A DNA stretch of 64,000 bases from Nitrospinaceae bacterium (GCA_965223665.1 OZ245011.1:4160001-4224000); one strand, 5' to 3'; positions 29,979-40,308 are shown, counted from the stretch's first letter. Program-made: numbers and translations. The notes: generated from the letters alone by a model not told the origin.

Positions 29979-30935
29979 TTATGAATTGGAGCACCACTGT
30001 TCCAAGGAAAAAATGGGTTTTTCTTGTTCGCAGATATCTTCTAATGCACATTTTAATTCTTTAAATTTATACTTAAAACCAGCCTTTGATATTTTTTCAT
30101 TTGAGACCCGTTGACTATTTAAAAGAATCTCTGACATTTCGCCAAAAATTATTTTTAAGGCGAAAGCTGGAACGGGAAGTTCAGCAGGTTGATTAATAAC
30201 CTGGCTCAGGGTCTTTGTGAATTCCAAATTGGTCACAGGAGAAGGACTAACGGCATTGTAGACTCCATTTAAATTGGTATTTTCAATACCATACGCAAAC
30301 ATTTCAGCCAGATCCTCAACATGAATCCAACTCATCCATTGATTTCCTTTTCCCAACCTTCCACCAAGAGCAAATCGAAAAGGTAGAAGTATTTGTTTCA
30401 TTGCACCACCACCGTGACCTAACACTACCCCAATTCTAAGAGAAACAGTCCTAATTTCTTTTTGTGCAATTTGAAGTATTTCTTTTTCCCAAGACTGACA
30501 AACTTGGCTGAGAAAACCCTCACTTGGAGGTGATGTTTCATCGATTAAATTTTCCCCGTTGTCACCGTAAAAGCCAATGGCGGATGCAGATACAATTACA
30601 TTAGGTTTAGTTTTTAATGCTTTAACATGTTTAATCAAATTATTGGTTGCTAACACCCTTGATCGTTCAATTTTATTCTTTTTTGATTTGGTCCATCTAC
30701 CACCTGCAATGTTTTCTCCTGCTAAATGAACAATAGCATCCATATTATGAAATGCTTGTTCGGGAATTAGATTTTTTTCGGGCTCCCATTTAAAAATATG
30801 GCAAGGAATATTAATTTTTTTGTTGGCACCAACTGGATCGCGAGTCAAAATTGAAATTTCGTGACCCCTTTTTTTTAGAGCTTGAATTACATGTTTTCCT
30901 ATAAATCCGGTTGCTCCAGTGATTAAAGTTTTCAT
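29979..30935 (-). CDS. TIGR01777 family NAD-dependent epimerase (YfcH-like)
   Basis: TGATGFIG, HLAGENIAGGRWT, SASAIGFYG, QWMSWIH, DUF1731-type tail. Confidence 0.92.
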   Translation of the reverse strand: MKTLITGATGFIGKHVIQALKKRGHEISILTRDPVGANKKINIPCHIFKWEPEKNLIPEQAFHNMDAIVHLAGENIAGGRWTKSKKNKIERSRVLATNNLIKHVKALKTKPNVIVSASAIGFYGDNGENLIDETSPPSEGFLSQVCQSWEKEILQIAQKEIRTVSLRIGVVLGHGGGAMKQILLPFRFALGGRLGKGNQWMSWIHVEDLAEMFAYGIENTNLNGVYNAVSPSPVTNLEFTKTLSQVINQPAELPVPAFALKIIFGEMSEILLNSQRVSNEKISKAGFKYKFKELKCALEDICEQEKPIFSLEQWCSNS

Positions 30936-31012
30936 TGTTATTCTCCCTTAGGGGGAAATCAGAATAAATTCCAGGTTAATAAGTTATTCATAAATTCGTT
31001 TGTCTAATTTAA

Positions 31013-31055
31013 ATATTATACATTTATCTAAATATGTCAATTAAATTTAGATAAA
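31013..31055 (-). promoter_or_regulatory. Sigma70-type promoter overlapped by an 11-bp inverted repeat
   Basis: Minus-strand TTGACA (31040-31035), N16 to TAATAT (TATAAT at N14); dyad TTTATCTAAAT-N11-ATTTAGATAAA (31023-31055). Confidence 0.55.
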
Positions 31056-31674
31056 ATTTTTATTTTTGTATAAATATGTGGTTTGATCTTAAGGGAAATC
31101 AAACGTAAAAGTTTGATTTATTTGGAATCAAACAGCTTTCTCTTTCAGACGAATATTTTTGATTTTCAGGTATTAAGAAAGTTAAAGATTATTTTTATCC
31201 GACTTAAAAGCAAGATTTTCAATTAAAAAGAAAAGTGGGAAAAAAGTTGGGCTAGTTAATTTTTTTATTTTTACTCAAATAAGTATTTAATTTGATTTAG
31301 ATTGCAATTTTACCAAGATAAATGGATTAATTTTAAACCTCAGCCTCTTTAGAAAAAATAAAGATCAAAAAATGTACTGTTGGTTAAGGTAGTCTGTGTT
31401 TGTTTTTCCACTCAATAAAAAAAGCTTAATTTTAATTCGGGGAACTGGAGGAGATAATTTCTTGAACAAAAATTGCGCAATTCCAAAGATAATTTAATCT
31501 AACTTCAGACTTTTATTAAAAGACTAAATAACAAACGGTTTGAAATATATTTAGCAGCCAATTGAAAAGACTGCTAATTATTTTAATTAAAGTATTAGAA
31601 TTATTAAGGATTGCATTGAACCTCCAGAGCCAAGAATTTAAAATGGAATATATATAATAAATTGAGGTGAAAGC

Positions 31675-32361
31675 ATGTCGATTCAATTTTTGCATATGGA
31701 TACACAAGCAATTGAGACCACTGAATCATTTTTTTTCTCTAAATGGTTGAATGCGAGAATGAAATCCGGACATGAATCGAACTTTGATTATGACCCAATA
31801 CTAAATGAAAACCGTAATGAAGAATGGAAAGAATTTAATTGGAAAAAAATTAAAGAAAATGAAATGAATTATGATGAGGACGTAAATCAATACTTGATAT
31901 TGACTTTGGCGGAATTAGTAAATCCAAAATGTTTGGAATTTTGGAATCAATATTTAGTTAGCTTGAATCGTGATGTGAATGAAATTGCATTTAAAATTGA
32001 AGAAAATGCAAAACAATACTTTGTGTATAAAATCAATGCTGACTTTTTGCTTTTGAGTTTAGGATTGTTTCCACTTGATGCTCATATTTCAGCAGATGCA
32101 TATTTTGAAAAAGGGGAGGATTATTATTTTTCCGCTGCAAATCGATTAAAGCAACATACAAAAGGACGAACTGCTTTATCAGATGTTTTGGAAAAACTCT
32201 CAAGAAAATTTGGACAATATGTAAGCATTATGCGTTGTATGAAGAACCAAGATGAGAATTATCTGAGTTTTTATAAGAAAATCCCACCGTTTGAAATATC
32301 GGAATTGGAAAAGACTTTAACTGATGAATTTAAAAAATATAAGGATAGTCAAAGCGATTAG
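31675..32361 (+). CDS. Hypothetical helical protein leading the signalling cluster
   Basis: GAGGTG SD; 228-aa ORF. Confidence 0.75.
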   Translation: MSIQFLHMDTQAIETTESFFFSKWLNARMKSGHESNFDYDPILNENRNEEWKEFNWKKIKENEMNYDEDVNQYLILTLAELVNPKCLEFWNQYLVSLNRDVNEIAFKIEENAKQYFVYKINADFLLLSLGLFPLDAHISADAYFEKGEDYYFSAANRLKQHTKGRTALSDVLEKLSRKFGQYVSIMRCMKNQDENYLSFYKKIPPFEISELEKTLTDEFKKYKDSQSD

Positions 32362-32499
32362 AAAGACAAAAAATAACCCACTAAAAGACTATCTTTTTCC
32401 TGCCTTACTTTATTTCTGTTTTTTTAATTAAATTGCTAAATCTTTGAGAATTTCTTTACACTAAATAGTAAATATGTTTTCTAATTTTTAGTTTATTTA

Positions 32500-33621
32500 A
32501 TGATTACACTAAAAGACATACAAAACTCTAAGATCCTATTACTGAGTGAAGAACCTTCAGGCTGGAATGATTTTGACAAGAGCTTACAAGTGCAAGGGTT
32601 TCAACCTCTAGAAATTTTTAAGGACATTAAAGCACTTAGAGATTCTGTAAATATCTGTGAAGCAGATTTAATAATATTTGATTTGGATAGGGTTCAGTTA
32701 GATAAGAAAAGTATTTTGGAATGGATTGCAAATCAAGTAAAGAATAGCAATTGCCCCATAATTGCTACAGTAAGTAAACCCTGGGAAGAGAAGTTGAATG
32801 AATATTTTGAAGCTGGAGTAAAGTGGTTTTTAGAAAAACCTTTAAACTTTGTTTATATCTTTCCAAAGATTAAAGTACTATTAGAAAACAAAATTCTCCA
32901 TGCGAATCTAGCCAATATCCTTGAAAATAATTCTAATTCGAACGAAATCTCTGAAATTATAAATGTGATTTCTCATGACTTGCGTGAACCATTAAGGAAA
33001 GTCAAAAAATTGAGCGATCTTATGGTTTCAAAGTTTCAATCGGATCTGCCCGATTTAGGAAAAGAATATTTGGATAGGATTCAGAAAACAGTCGAAAGAA
33101 TGGATCAGCTTATTTTCTCCATTACCAATTTTAGGAATTTGACACACAAAAAATCTTTTTACGAGGAGTTGAATTTAAATTGTCTGGTTGAGGAAGTTTT
33201 GCAAGACTTAGAAGTTTTGGTTGATGAAACAGGTGCGATTATTAGTGTTGAGAAATTACCCACAATTTATGGAATGCCTTCCCAAATGAGACAGCTTTTC
33301 CAAAATTTAATAAAAAATGGAATTATTTACCATAAAGAGGGAGAAACTCCTGAAATAAAAATTGATTCTCATATAAATCAAAAAGATAGAGTTGGATTCC
33401 GAGTAAAGGATAATGGTGTGGGGATTGACAAACCAAATCTCAAAAGCATTTTCTTACCTTTTGAGAGACTCAAGGATAAAGAAAACATTAAAGGGGAAGG
33501 TCTTGGTTTAGCAATTTGTCGACAAATCGTCGATATACATGATGGTGAAATATATGCCAATAGTGAAAAAGGAAAAGGCACAACCTTTATTATTTCCCTT
33601 CCACAAACCTTTAAAAAGTAA
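32500..33621 (+). CDS. Cytoplasmic histidine kinase with atypical N-terminal receiver
   Basis: SHDLREPL H-box, LFQNLIKNG, DNGVGI, GEGLGLAIC; receiver acidic pocket is SEE. Confidence 0.88.
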   Translation: MITLKDIQNSKILLLSEEPSGWNDFDKSLQVQGFQPLEIFKDIKALRDSVNICEADLIIFDLDRVQLDKKSILEWIANQVKNSNCPIIATVSKPWEEKLNEYFEAGVKWFLEKPLNFVYIFPKIKVLLENKILHANLANILENNSNSNEISEIINVISHDLREPLRKVKKLSDLMVSKFQSDLPDLGKEYLDRIQKTVERMDQLIFSITNFRNLTHKKSFYEELNLNCLVEEVLQDLEVLVDETGAIISVEKLPTIYGMPSQMRQLFQNLIKNGIIYHKEGETPEIKIDSHINQKDRVGFRVKDNGVGIDKPNLKSIFLPFERLKDKENIKGEGLGLAICRQIVDIHDGEIYANSEKGKGTTFIISLPQTFKK

Positions 33622-33773
33622 AATTTACCAAAAAAATAATAGTATAAGTGCCGAATTCAAAGTTTTATAAAAAAATAATTGGCAAAATAGAACTAATTAA
33701 ATTACCTTTATAATCAGAATTGAAATATTCATTGAAAATCAAATGAGCTGACTTTTGCCATATGAGGTGAAAG

Positions 33774-34955
33774 GTGATTAAAGACCAGGATATTTTATCC
33801 TCCAGAATACTCATTATTGATGATGAGCCTGCCAATGTTCTATTGCTTGAAAAATTGCTTCATCAGGAAGGATATCGTTTTATACAGTCTATTACAGACC
33901 CATCTTTAGCCTCCCAAATTTACCAAGACTTTGAACCGGATTTAATTCTGCTGGATTTGAATATGCCGAAAGTAAATGGATTTCAAGTAATGGAAATACT
34001 CCAGGAATTAGAAAAGGATTCTTACCTACCTGTTTTAATTTTAACAGCCCAAAACGATAAATTTACGAGATTAAAGGCGCTAAAAAAAGGGGCAAAAGAT
34101 TTTGTGAATAAACCTTTTGATTTAGCTGAGGTATGTTTTCGAATTAAAAACATTCTGGAGGTTCGACTTCTTCATAATCAAATTAAAAATCAGAATAAAA
34201 TTCTTGAGCAAAAAATTCAAGAACGAACAAAAGAACTTAAGGAGTCTCATGAGCATTTAATGCATGCAGAAAAACTTTCAGCTATTGGTAAGCTAGCTGC
34301 GTCGATATCGCATGAATTTAATAATCCGATTCTAGGAATCCGAAATATATTGGAGCAAATATCCAAAACCCATTTGGAAAAAAACTTAAAGGAATTGGTT
34401 CGTTTAGCGATTCATGAAAGTAATCGGGTTATGGATTTGGCCACAAAACTAAAAAACTTTTACAGGCCTTCTTCAGGAAAGCTGACCTTGGTCAGCTTTC
34501 ATAATATTTTGGATGATATGTTAATTCTGAAAAAGAAAAGTTTTCTTGAGAAAAAAATCTTTTTGGTTAAAAAATATGCGGATGATTTGCCTAAAGTTCC
34601 TGCGGTTGAAGATCAGATTAAACAGGTGATTTTAAATTTACTGCAAAATGCCGAAGAATCTATTCAAAATGGGAATGGAGAAATTGAATTGACTACCTTT
34701 TTTGACGGTACTTTTGTTGAAATTAAAATACAGGACAATGGATGTGGAATTCCATTGGAAAACGTGGAAAAAATATTTGAGCCATTTTATACTACCAAAG
34801 ACGCTGTCAAGGGGACGGGCCTGGGTTTATCAGTGACTTATGGAATTGTAAAGCGTCATGGTGGAAAAATTATTTGTTCGAGTAATCCCGGAAAAGGGAC
34901 ACTATTTACTCTAAAATTTCCAGTGAAAAGAAGGATATGGGGCAAACTCCTGTGA
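33774..34955 (+). CDS. REC-HisKA-HATPase histidine kinase (NtrB-like)
   Basis: IIDDE, DLNMP, KPF; SHEFNNP H-box; DNGCGI; GTGLGL; GTG start with GAGGTG SD. Confidence 0.92.
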   Translation: MIKDQDILSSRILIIDDEPANVLLLEKLLHQEGYRFIQSITDPSLASQIYQDFEPDLILLDLNMPKVNGFQVMEILQELEKDSYLPVLILTAQNDKFTRLKALKKGAKDFVNKPFDLAEVCFRIKNILEVRLLHNQIKNQNKILEQKIQERTKELKESHEHLMHAEKLSAIGKLAASISHEFNNPILGIRNILEQISKTHLEKNLKELVRLAIHESNRVMDLATKLKNFYRPSSGKLTLVSFHNILDDMLILKKKSFLEKKIFLVKKYADDLPKVPAVEDQIKQVILNLLQNAEESIQNGNGEIELTTFFDGTFVEIKIQDNGCGIPLENVEKIFEPFYTTKDAVKGTGLGLSVTYGIVKRHGGKIICSSNPGKGTLFTLKFPVKRRIWGKLL

Positions 34956-35000
34956 GGTGAGAATTTCTCGTTAAAGCATTCATTTGGGGAATAGGGGAAT

Positions 35001-36374
35001 ATGGAAGAAGTAAAAAAAATTCTTATTGTTGATGATGAAGAAATTGTCCGCCTTGCATATAAAAATGAATTAATGCAAAGAGGATATGAGGTTGAGACTT
35101 TGGATTCTGGAGAAAGTGCTCTGGAAATTCTTGATGCAGATTGGCCTGGTATTTTAGTCAGCGATATTATCATGCCGGGTATGGACGGGTTATCTCTATT
35201 AAAGAAAGTAAAAAAAATCGATAAAGAAATTCCAGTGATTTTGATTACAGGTCACGGAGATATTCCTATGGCTGTTCAAGCCATACATGATGGTGCTTAT
35301 GAGTTTTTGGAAAAACCGTTTGATACAGATCGTTTTGCAGATATGGTTAAGCGGGCAATGGAAAAACGAAAATTAGTTTTAGAGGTCAAAAACCTTCGTT
35401 CAGTTATTGATTCTCAGAAAGAACCGGAAAGGAAAATAATTGGTAAGTCTCAGAAAATGGTTGAGTTGACAAATACTCTTGAGAATATATCAAATTGTGA
35501 TGTGGATATAATTATTTATGGTGAAACCGGAACCGGTAAAGATTTAGTGGCAAGATATCTTCATGATTGCAGTCCGCGAAAAAACAAGAATTTTGTAGCA
35601 ATTAATTGCGGGGGATTGCCGGAAACCATTATCGAAAGCGAATTATTTGGGCATGAACCCGGGGCTTTTACCGGGGCCAATAAGCGTCGAATAGGAAAAT
35701 TTGAATTTGCTCAGGGAGGAACAGTTTTCTTAGATGAAATTGAAAGTATGCCTTTGCATCTTCAAGTAAAGCTCCTTCATGTGTTGCAAGATAGAGTGGT
35801 TCAACGATTAGGCTCAAATGATTTGCATCCTATCGATGTGAGGGTTGTTGCTGCCACAAAGGTTGACCTTAAGAAAGCATATGAGGAGAATAAATTTAGA
35901 AAGGATTTATACTACCGATTGAATGTAGTTCAATTATTTATTCCTCCTTTACGAGAACGTGCAGATGATATACCTCTACTTTTTCAGCATTTTATATTGG
36001 ACTCCTGTTCTCGTTATAATTTACCTGTTCCAACCATTTCAAGCGAATATGTTCAAGAGTTGTTATCCCGAAGATGGGAAGGAAACGTTAGAGAGTTAAG
36101 AAATGAAGCAGAAAAATTTCTTTTGGGAATTACATTAGACTTGCCAGAATCGGTAAATCAAAATGATCCCAGTAATAGTCAAATTCCTAATTCTTCTACC
36201 AATGGAATGACTTTAAAGCAACTAGTTGCTGCATTTGAAAAAAACTTAATTGAACAGGAAATGGCTCGCCAAAAGGGAGATTTGAAAAAGGTTCAATTCG
36301 CTCTGTCCATTCCTAAGCAAACCTTGTATGATAAAATTAAAGTTTTTGGATTGAATCGAAAAGATTATCAATAA
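35001..36374 (+). CDS. Sigma54-dependent response regulator (DctD/NtrC family)
   Basis: REC, GETGTGKD, ESELFGH, GAFTGA, FLDEIE, WEGNVREL, C-terminal HTH. Confidence 0.95.
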   Translation: MEEVKKILIVDDEEIVRLAYKNELMQRGYEVETLDSGESALEILDADWPGILVSDIIMPGMDGLSLLKKVKKIDKEIPVILITGHGDIPMAVQAIHDGAYEFLEKPFDTDRFADMVKRAMEKRKLVLEVKNLRSVIDSQKEPERKIIGKSQKMVELTNTLENISNCDVDIIIYGETGTGKDLVARYLHDCSPRKNKNFVAINCGGLPETIIESELFGHEPGAFTGANKRRIGKFEFAQGGTVFLDEIESMPLHLQVKLLHVLQDRVVQRLGSNDLHPIDVRVVAATKVDLKKAYEENKFRKDLYYRLNVVQLFIPPLRERADDIPLLFQHFILDSCSRYNLPVPTISSEYVQELLSRRWEGNVRELRNEAEKFLLGITLDLPESVNQNDPSNSQIPNSSTNGMTLKQLVAAFEKNLIEQEMARQKGDLKKVQFALSIPKQTLYDKIKVFGLNRKDYQ

Positions 36375-36501
36375 TGACGCAAATCGGTAATTTTGCGCCT
36401 CTTAGTTAAGGTTATTGGTTTCTTAAGGTAGATAAAAGGTGAGATCCAGAAAATTTAACGTTTAGTCATGTCAGTTAAATTCCCTGATGGCAGAAACATC
36501 T

Positions 36502-36867
36502 TTACAGAGTCGCAATATCTTTAGTGGAAATTACCCCCACTATTTTTTTTCCTTCCGTCACTCCCAATCGTTTTATTTTATGTTTTAGCATTATTTCGTT
36601 TGCCTCGCGAGGGGTTAAGCAAAAGTCGACAGTAAGAATTGGAGAACTAAAGACTGACTCTATTTTGGTGTTTTTCATATCTAATTCCTTAACAATTACC
36701 CGACTCATTAAATCAGAGGTCGTAAAAATACCAATATAATCCTCTTTATCTTTGACTAAAATTGATTCGACATCATTTTCAGCCATGACTTTCACTGTGT
36801 CCAAAATAGACGCATTTCGATCGACGCTGATAACCGGTGAGCTCATACAATCACGAAGAATTAACAT
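36502..36867 (-). CDS. Stand-alone CBS-pair protein
   Basis: MSSPVISV, IGIFT.SD, SSPILTV, VGVISTKD. Confidence 0.88.
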   Translation of the reverse strand: MLILRDCMSSPVISVDRNASILDTVKVMAENDVESILVKDKEDYIGIFTTSDLMSRVIVKELDMKNTKIESVFSSPILTVDFCLTPREANEIMLKHKIKRLGVTEGKKIVGVISTKDIATL

Positions 36868-36884
36868 TCAGTACTCCCTTTATC

Positions 36885-38087
36885 CTATTTTTTATTAGAA
36901 GGTTCGTTTGTCCGTAACCGTTCCAACAATTTATTAAAACTTTCATTCAAGTTGCCCAGTTCGTCGTTAGACTCTACCGGTAAGCGTTTTTGTCTATAAT
37001 TTCCAGAAGCAAGCTCAGCAGCCATTTGGCTTACCTGTCTGATAGGTTTGCTGATTGCTCGCGTAATACTTGAACCTAAAACTCCACTAACCAAGACTCC
37101 CACAAATAATAATAAAACCAAAAGAACGACTAAGTAATGCGTTTGGGAGGATACTTTTTCTACATCAGCCTCTAAGAGTGTTTCTTGGCTATCGGCCATT
37201 TCATTTAAAATTTGCTTGATTTTAAATGCGACTGGAACGGCTTCCTCTCCTAATAAATGGTTTGCTATATTCCATTTATCCCCAGATCTTATTTCCAGAA
37301 TTTTCTTCAGTAAAATATTTAGTTTTTCCTGAGCTAAATCTATTCGCTTAAAAGCAACACTTTGAGAATTAGTAAATTGATTTTGCTTGGATTTTAATTC
37401 TAAAAAACGTTTAGAGAATTTCTCCCACTCTCTTAAATAGTGTAATTTAAAAAAGTCTTTTCCAGAAAGCATAAATTCTTCAACTTTTTCCATACTAAAG
37501 CTAATAGATGTTTCGAGATCGGCTAAAATTCCTAATAATTTCTTTTTTGAAGTTGAGGATGGGGCTTCTATTTCTTCCTTAATCATTTTGCTTAAGTTAT
37601 TCACAATGATTTTTTCTAAGGGTGCAGCTTCTTCCAGTAATATTTTTCTAGCTGGGGTGTTCTCAATGGTTTGGGCAATGTTTTCTATTTTTTCCTGGGT
37701 TTTCTTGAAACTTTCAATTTCTGCAAGAATGAGATTTAAGCGATTTACATTTTGAGGATCTGTCCAATTAGGTGAAAGTTTTTTCATGTTGTTTAATGAA
37801 GGTTCAATTTGGTCTTTCCAGGCTGAAGCTCGTTCTTCTTTAAATTTATCTTCTCCCAAAATTACCCAACCTCTAAGGGAAGCTAATGAATGATTCATCC
37901 CATTTAGCATCATAAGGCTTGCGTGGGCGGTAGGTGTTCGGAGTTTAGCGACCCTTTTAGTAATGGATTCCATACTTTTAATTTTTTGAATTGTAACCAA
38001 AACCACAATCATTAAAATAATGGTAATTATGCTATAGCCCACTCCTATTTTGGTTCCAACAGTCCAATTTCGTATTTTTGACATCAA
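36885..38087 (-). CDS. Membrane sensor: TM, periplasmic helical MCP-type ligand domain, TM, HAMP; no output domain
   Basis: NWTVGTKIGVGY, TM1, long helical region, TM2, HAMP (ISKPI...NDELGNLNESFN), then stop. Confidence 0.8.
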   Translation of the reverse strand: MMSKIRNWTVGTKIGVGYSIITIILMIVVLVTIQKIKSMESITKRVAKLRTPTAHASLMMLNGMNHSLASLRGWVILGEDKFKEERASAWKDQIEPSLNNMKKLSPNWTDPQNVNRLNLILAEIESFKKTQEKIENIAQTIENTPARKILLEEAAPLEKIIVNNLSKMIKEEIEAPSSTSKKKLLGILADLETSISFSMEKVEEFMLSGKDFFKLHYLREWEKFSKRFLELKSKQNQFTNSQSVAFKRIDLAQEKLNILLKKILEIRSGDKWNIANHLLGEEAVPVAFKIKQILNEMADSQETLLEADVEKVSSQTHYLVVLLVLLLFVGVLVSGVLGSSITRAISKPIRQVSQMAAELASGNYRQKRLPVESNDELGNLNESFNKLLERLRTNEPSNKK

Positions 38088-38336
38088 TTTCTCCTAAATT
38101 ACCTTTTAAAACTCACTTTTCTTTATATATTTATTAAATCCCTACCTAATCCGAATCTCAATCTCGCAAAACAACTATTTAATCTGGTTGATTAGGTTTG
38201 GGATTCTTATATTTAGTTTACCAATAATTTGGGTTCGTCTAAGAGTCTTAAAAAAATAAAAAGAGCCAAGAACTCCCCAAAACTATAGGAGCCGGCCCTT
38301 AACTCATTAAAAATTAATAACTTTCGAGATGGTTTC

Positions 38337-40073
38337 CTAAAGCCTGTATTGTGGAGAAAGTTTTAATTTTCGCCGTATAATATCAAGATCATCAAAAAAT
38401 TGATGCATGTTTTCGGTTTCCCGATGTGTCAATTCTTCTTCCAACCACTTGATACAGTCATTAAATGTTTTAAACAAATATTGTTCAGGAATCAACCCCG
38501 GAATTAAATTGATTCTTTTTAACATTCTTAAGGGTTGATCCCGTAAACCCGTCATTACTACGGCAATTCCTCTTTTTTCCAGATCCGTTATCACTTCTTC
38601 AAAAGCGTATAAACCTGTCTGATCTATATGTGGAACTTTTTTCATACGGAAAATGACAACCTTAACATCCGGCAGGTTTTTTGCCATTTCTTTAAATGCA
38701 GGTGCAAAACCAAAAAATACAGGCCCATCCAAATGTTTTACATATATTCGGTTAATTATGCTGTCTGGAATTTTTTCGTCATCCCAAGGTAATTCATTGT
38801 AGCTGCTCAATGGAGCAATTCTTAAATCACGACCTACCTGATCGCTCATTTGTTTCATAAATAAAATCGATGCGAGTATCATTCCCGCTGCTACGGCTTG
38901 AATTAAATCGACGAAAACTGTTAAACCTAAAACTAATATCATCACAATGGCATCAGCGCGAGGGATATGAACTATATGACGTATCCCTTTATAATCAATG
39001 ATACCGATACCAACGGTAATTAATATTCCCGCTAAAACCGCTAAAGGAATTTTTGCTGCGTAAACCCCGGCTCCCATCATAATAATTAGAAGAACAATAC
39101 CGTGTACGACTCCAGAAAGGCGAGTTCTCCCTCCCGAGTTTACATTAACTAATGTCCTCATGGTTGCGCCTGCTCCGGGAAGGCCACCAATTAAAGCGGC
39201 CGCTATATTCCCAATTCCCTGTCCAAAAAGTTCACGATTACTATCGTGTTTAGTCTTGGTCACATTGTCAGCAATCACTGAAGTGAGTAGAGAATCTATA
39301 GCACCCAATAGGGCTAAGGTAAGTGCCATTTCTATAATAAGTGTCATTGGCATACCGATGAGAGTCAGCGAAGAAATTTTAACGTCCGGAAGTCCTTGAG
39401 GGATATCTCCAATAAGGGGAATTTCAAATCCGACCCATGCATTAATTCCCGAAACGGCTAAAAGTGCTACCAGTGGGCTGGGAATAGTTTTGGTGATTTT
39501 TGGAAATATATAAATGATGGCGATGGTAACGCCGGTAACTAATAAAGCCTCCCAATTGATCATTGATATTCCCTGTGGCAGTTTTTGAAAAACTTCAATG
39601 ATTTTTTTGGGAGAGCTTTGTCCCATAGAAGGGAATATTTGCAAAATTATAATGATTACCCCAATTCCAGTCATAAACCCTGAAACAACCGGGTAGGGAA
39701 TGTATTTAATATAGGAACCGACTTTTAATATTCCCAGAATGACTAGAATGACACCGGCAAGTAGAAAAATGGTAATGATTAACCCGAAAGCCTTTTCCAA
39801 ACTTCCCGTTGCTTCAATTGCGGTCAATACCACCAGGCTTGAGATTACGGTCATAGGGCCGGTGGGACCACTAATTTGGGTGCGAGTGCCCCCAAGAGCG
39901 CTGGCAAATATCCCAAGAGCAATAGCTCCGTACAAACCGGCAACTGCCCCCATTCCAGATTGAACACCGAAAGCTAATGCTAGTGGAAGAGCAACAATTC
40001 CTGCAGTAAGTCCTCCAAAAATATCTCCCCTAAAGTTTTTAGGATCATATTTTAGGCTTTTTATTAGATTCAT
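38337..40073 (-). CDS. SulP/SLC26 anion transporter with STAS domain, BicA-like
   Basis: GDIFGGLTAGIVALPLALAFG, ISGPTGPM, DSNRELFGQGIGN, GATMRT, STAS (LDGPVFFG, IDQTG). Confidence 0.92.
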   Translation of the reverse strand: MNLIKSLKYDPKNFRGDIFGGLTAGIVALPLALAFGVQSGMGAVAGLYGAIALGIFASALGGTRTQISGPTGPMTVISSLVVLTAIEATGSLEKAFGLIITIFLLAGVILVILGILKVGSYIKYIPYPVVSGFMTGIGVIIIILQIFPSMGQSSPKKIIEVFQKLPQGISMINWEALLVTGVTIAIIYIFPKITKTIPSPLVALLAVSGINAWVGFEIPLIGDIPQGLPDVKISSLTLIGMPMTLIIEMALTLALLGAIDSLLTSVIADNVTKTKHDSNRELFGQGIGNIAAALIGGLPGAGATMRTLVNVNSGGRTRLSGVVHGIVLLIIMMGAGVYAAKIPLAVLAGILITVGIGIIDYKGIRHIVHIPRADAIVMILVLGLTVFVDLIQAVAAGMILASILFMKQMSDQVGRDLRIAPLSSYNELPWDDEKIPDSIINRIYVKHLDGPVFFGFAPAFKEMAKNLPDVKVVIFRMKKVPHIDQTGLYAFEEVITDLEKRGIAVVMTGLRDQPLRMLKRINLIPGLIPEQYLFKTFNDCIKWLEEELTHRETENMHQFFDDLDIIRRKLKLSPQYRL

Positions 40074-40308
40074 TTTTTCTCCGGCTCAATGAGCATTGAA
40101 CTGTTAAATTATCGCAAAATATATTGGAATACGGTTAAAAAAATGTAGTTTATTTTTAATTGGTCAATGAAATATAAAATTTTGATTAAAATGGTTATGT
40201 GTAGATAGGATAGGGGGCTAAAAGGAAAAAAGAAAATAATTTATACATTGCTTTTACAAATCAAATAATTTGATAAAAGAGAATAATGCTAAGTCCTCGA
40301 ATATAAAC

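Noticed and set aside
31081-31133. Canonical FNR boxes
   Set aside because: TTGAT/ATCAA spacing is 9-10 nt rather than 4.
36885-38087. Frameshifted MCP pseudogene
   Set aside because: The next gene starts 17 nt after the stop; no methyl-accepting remnant visible.
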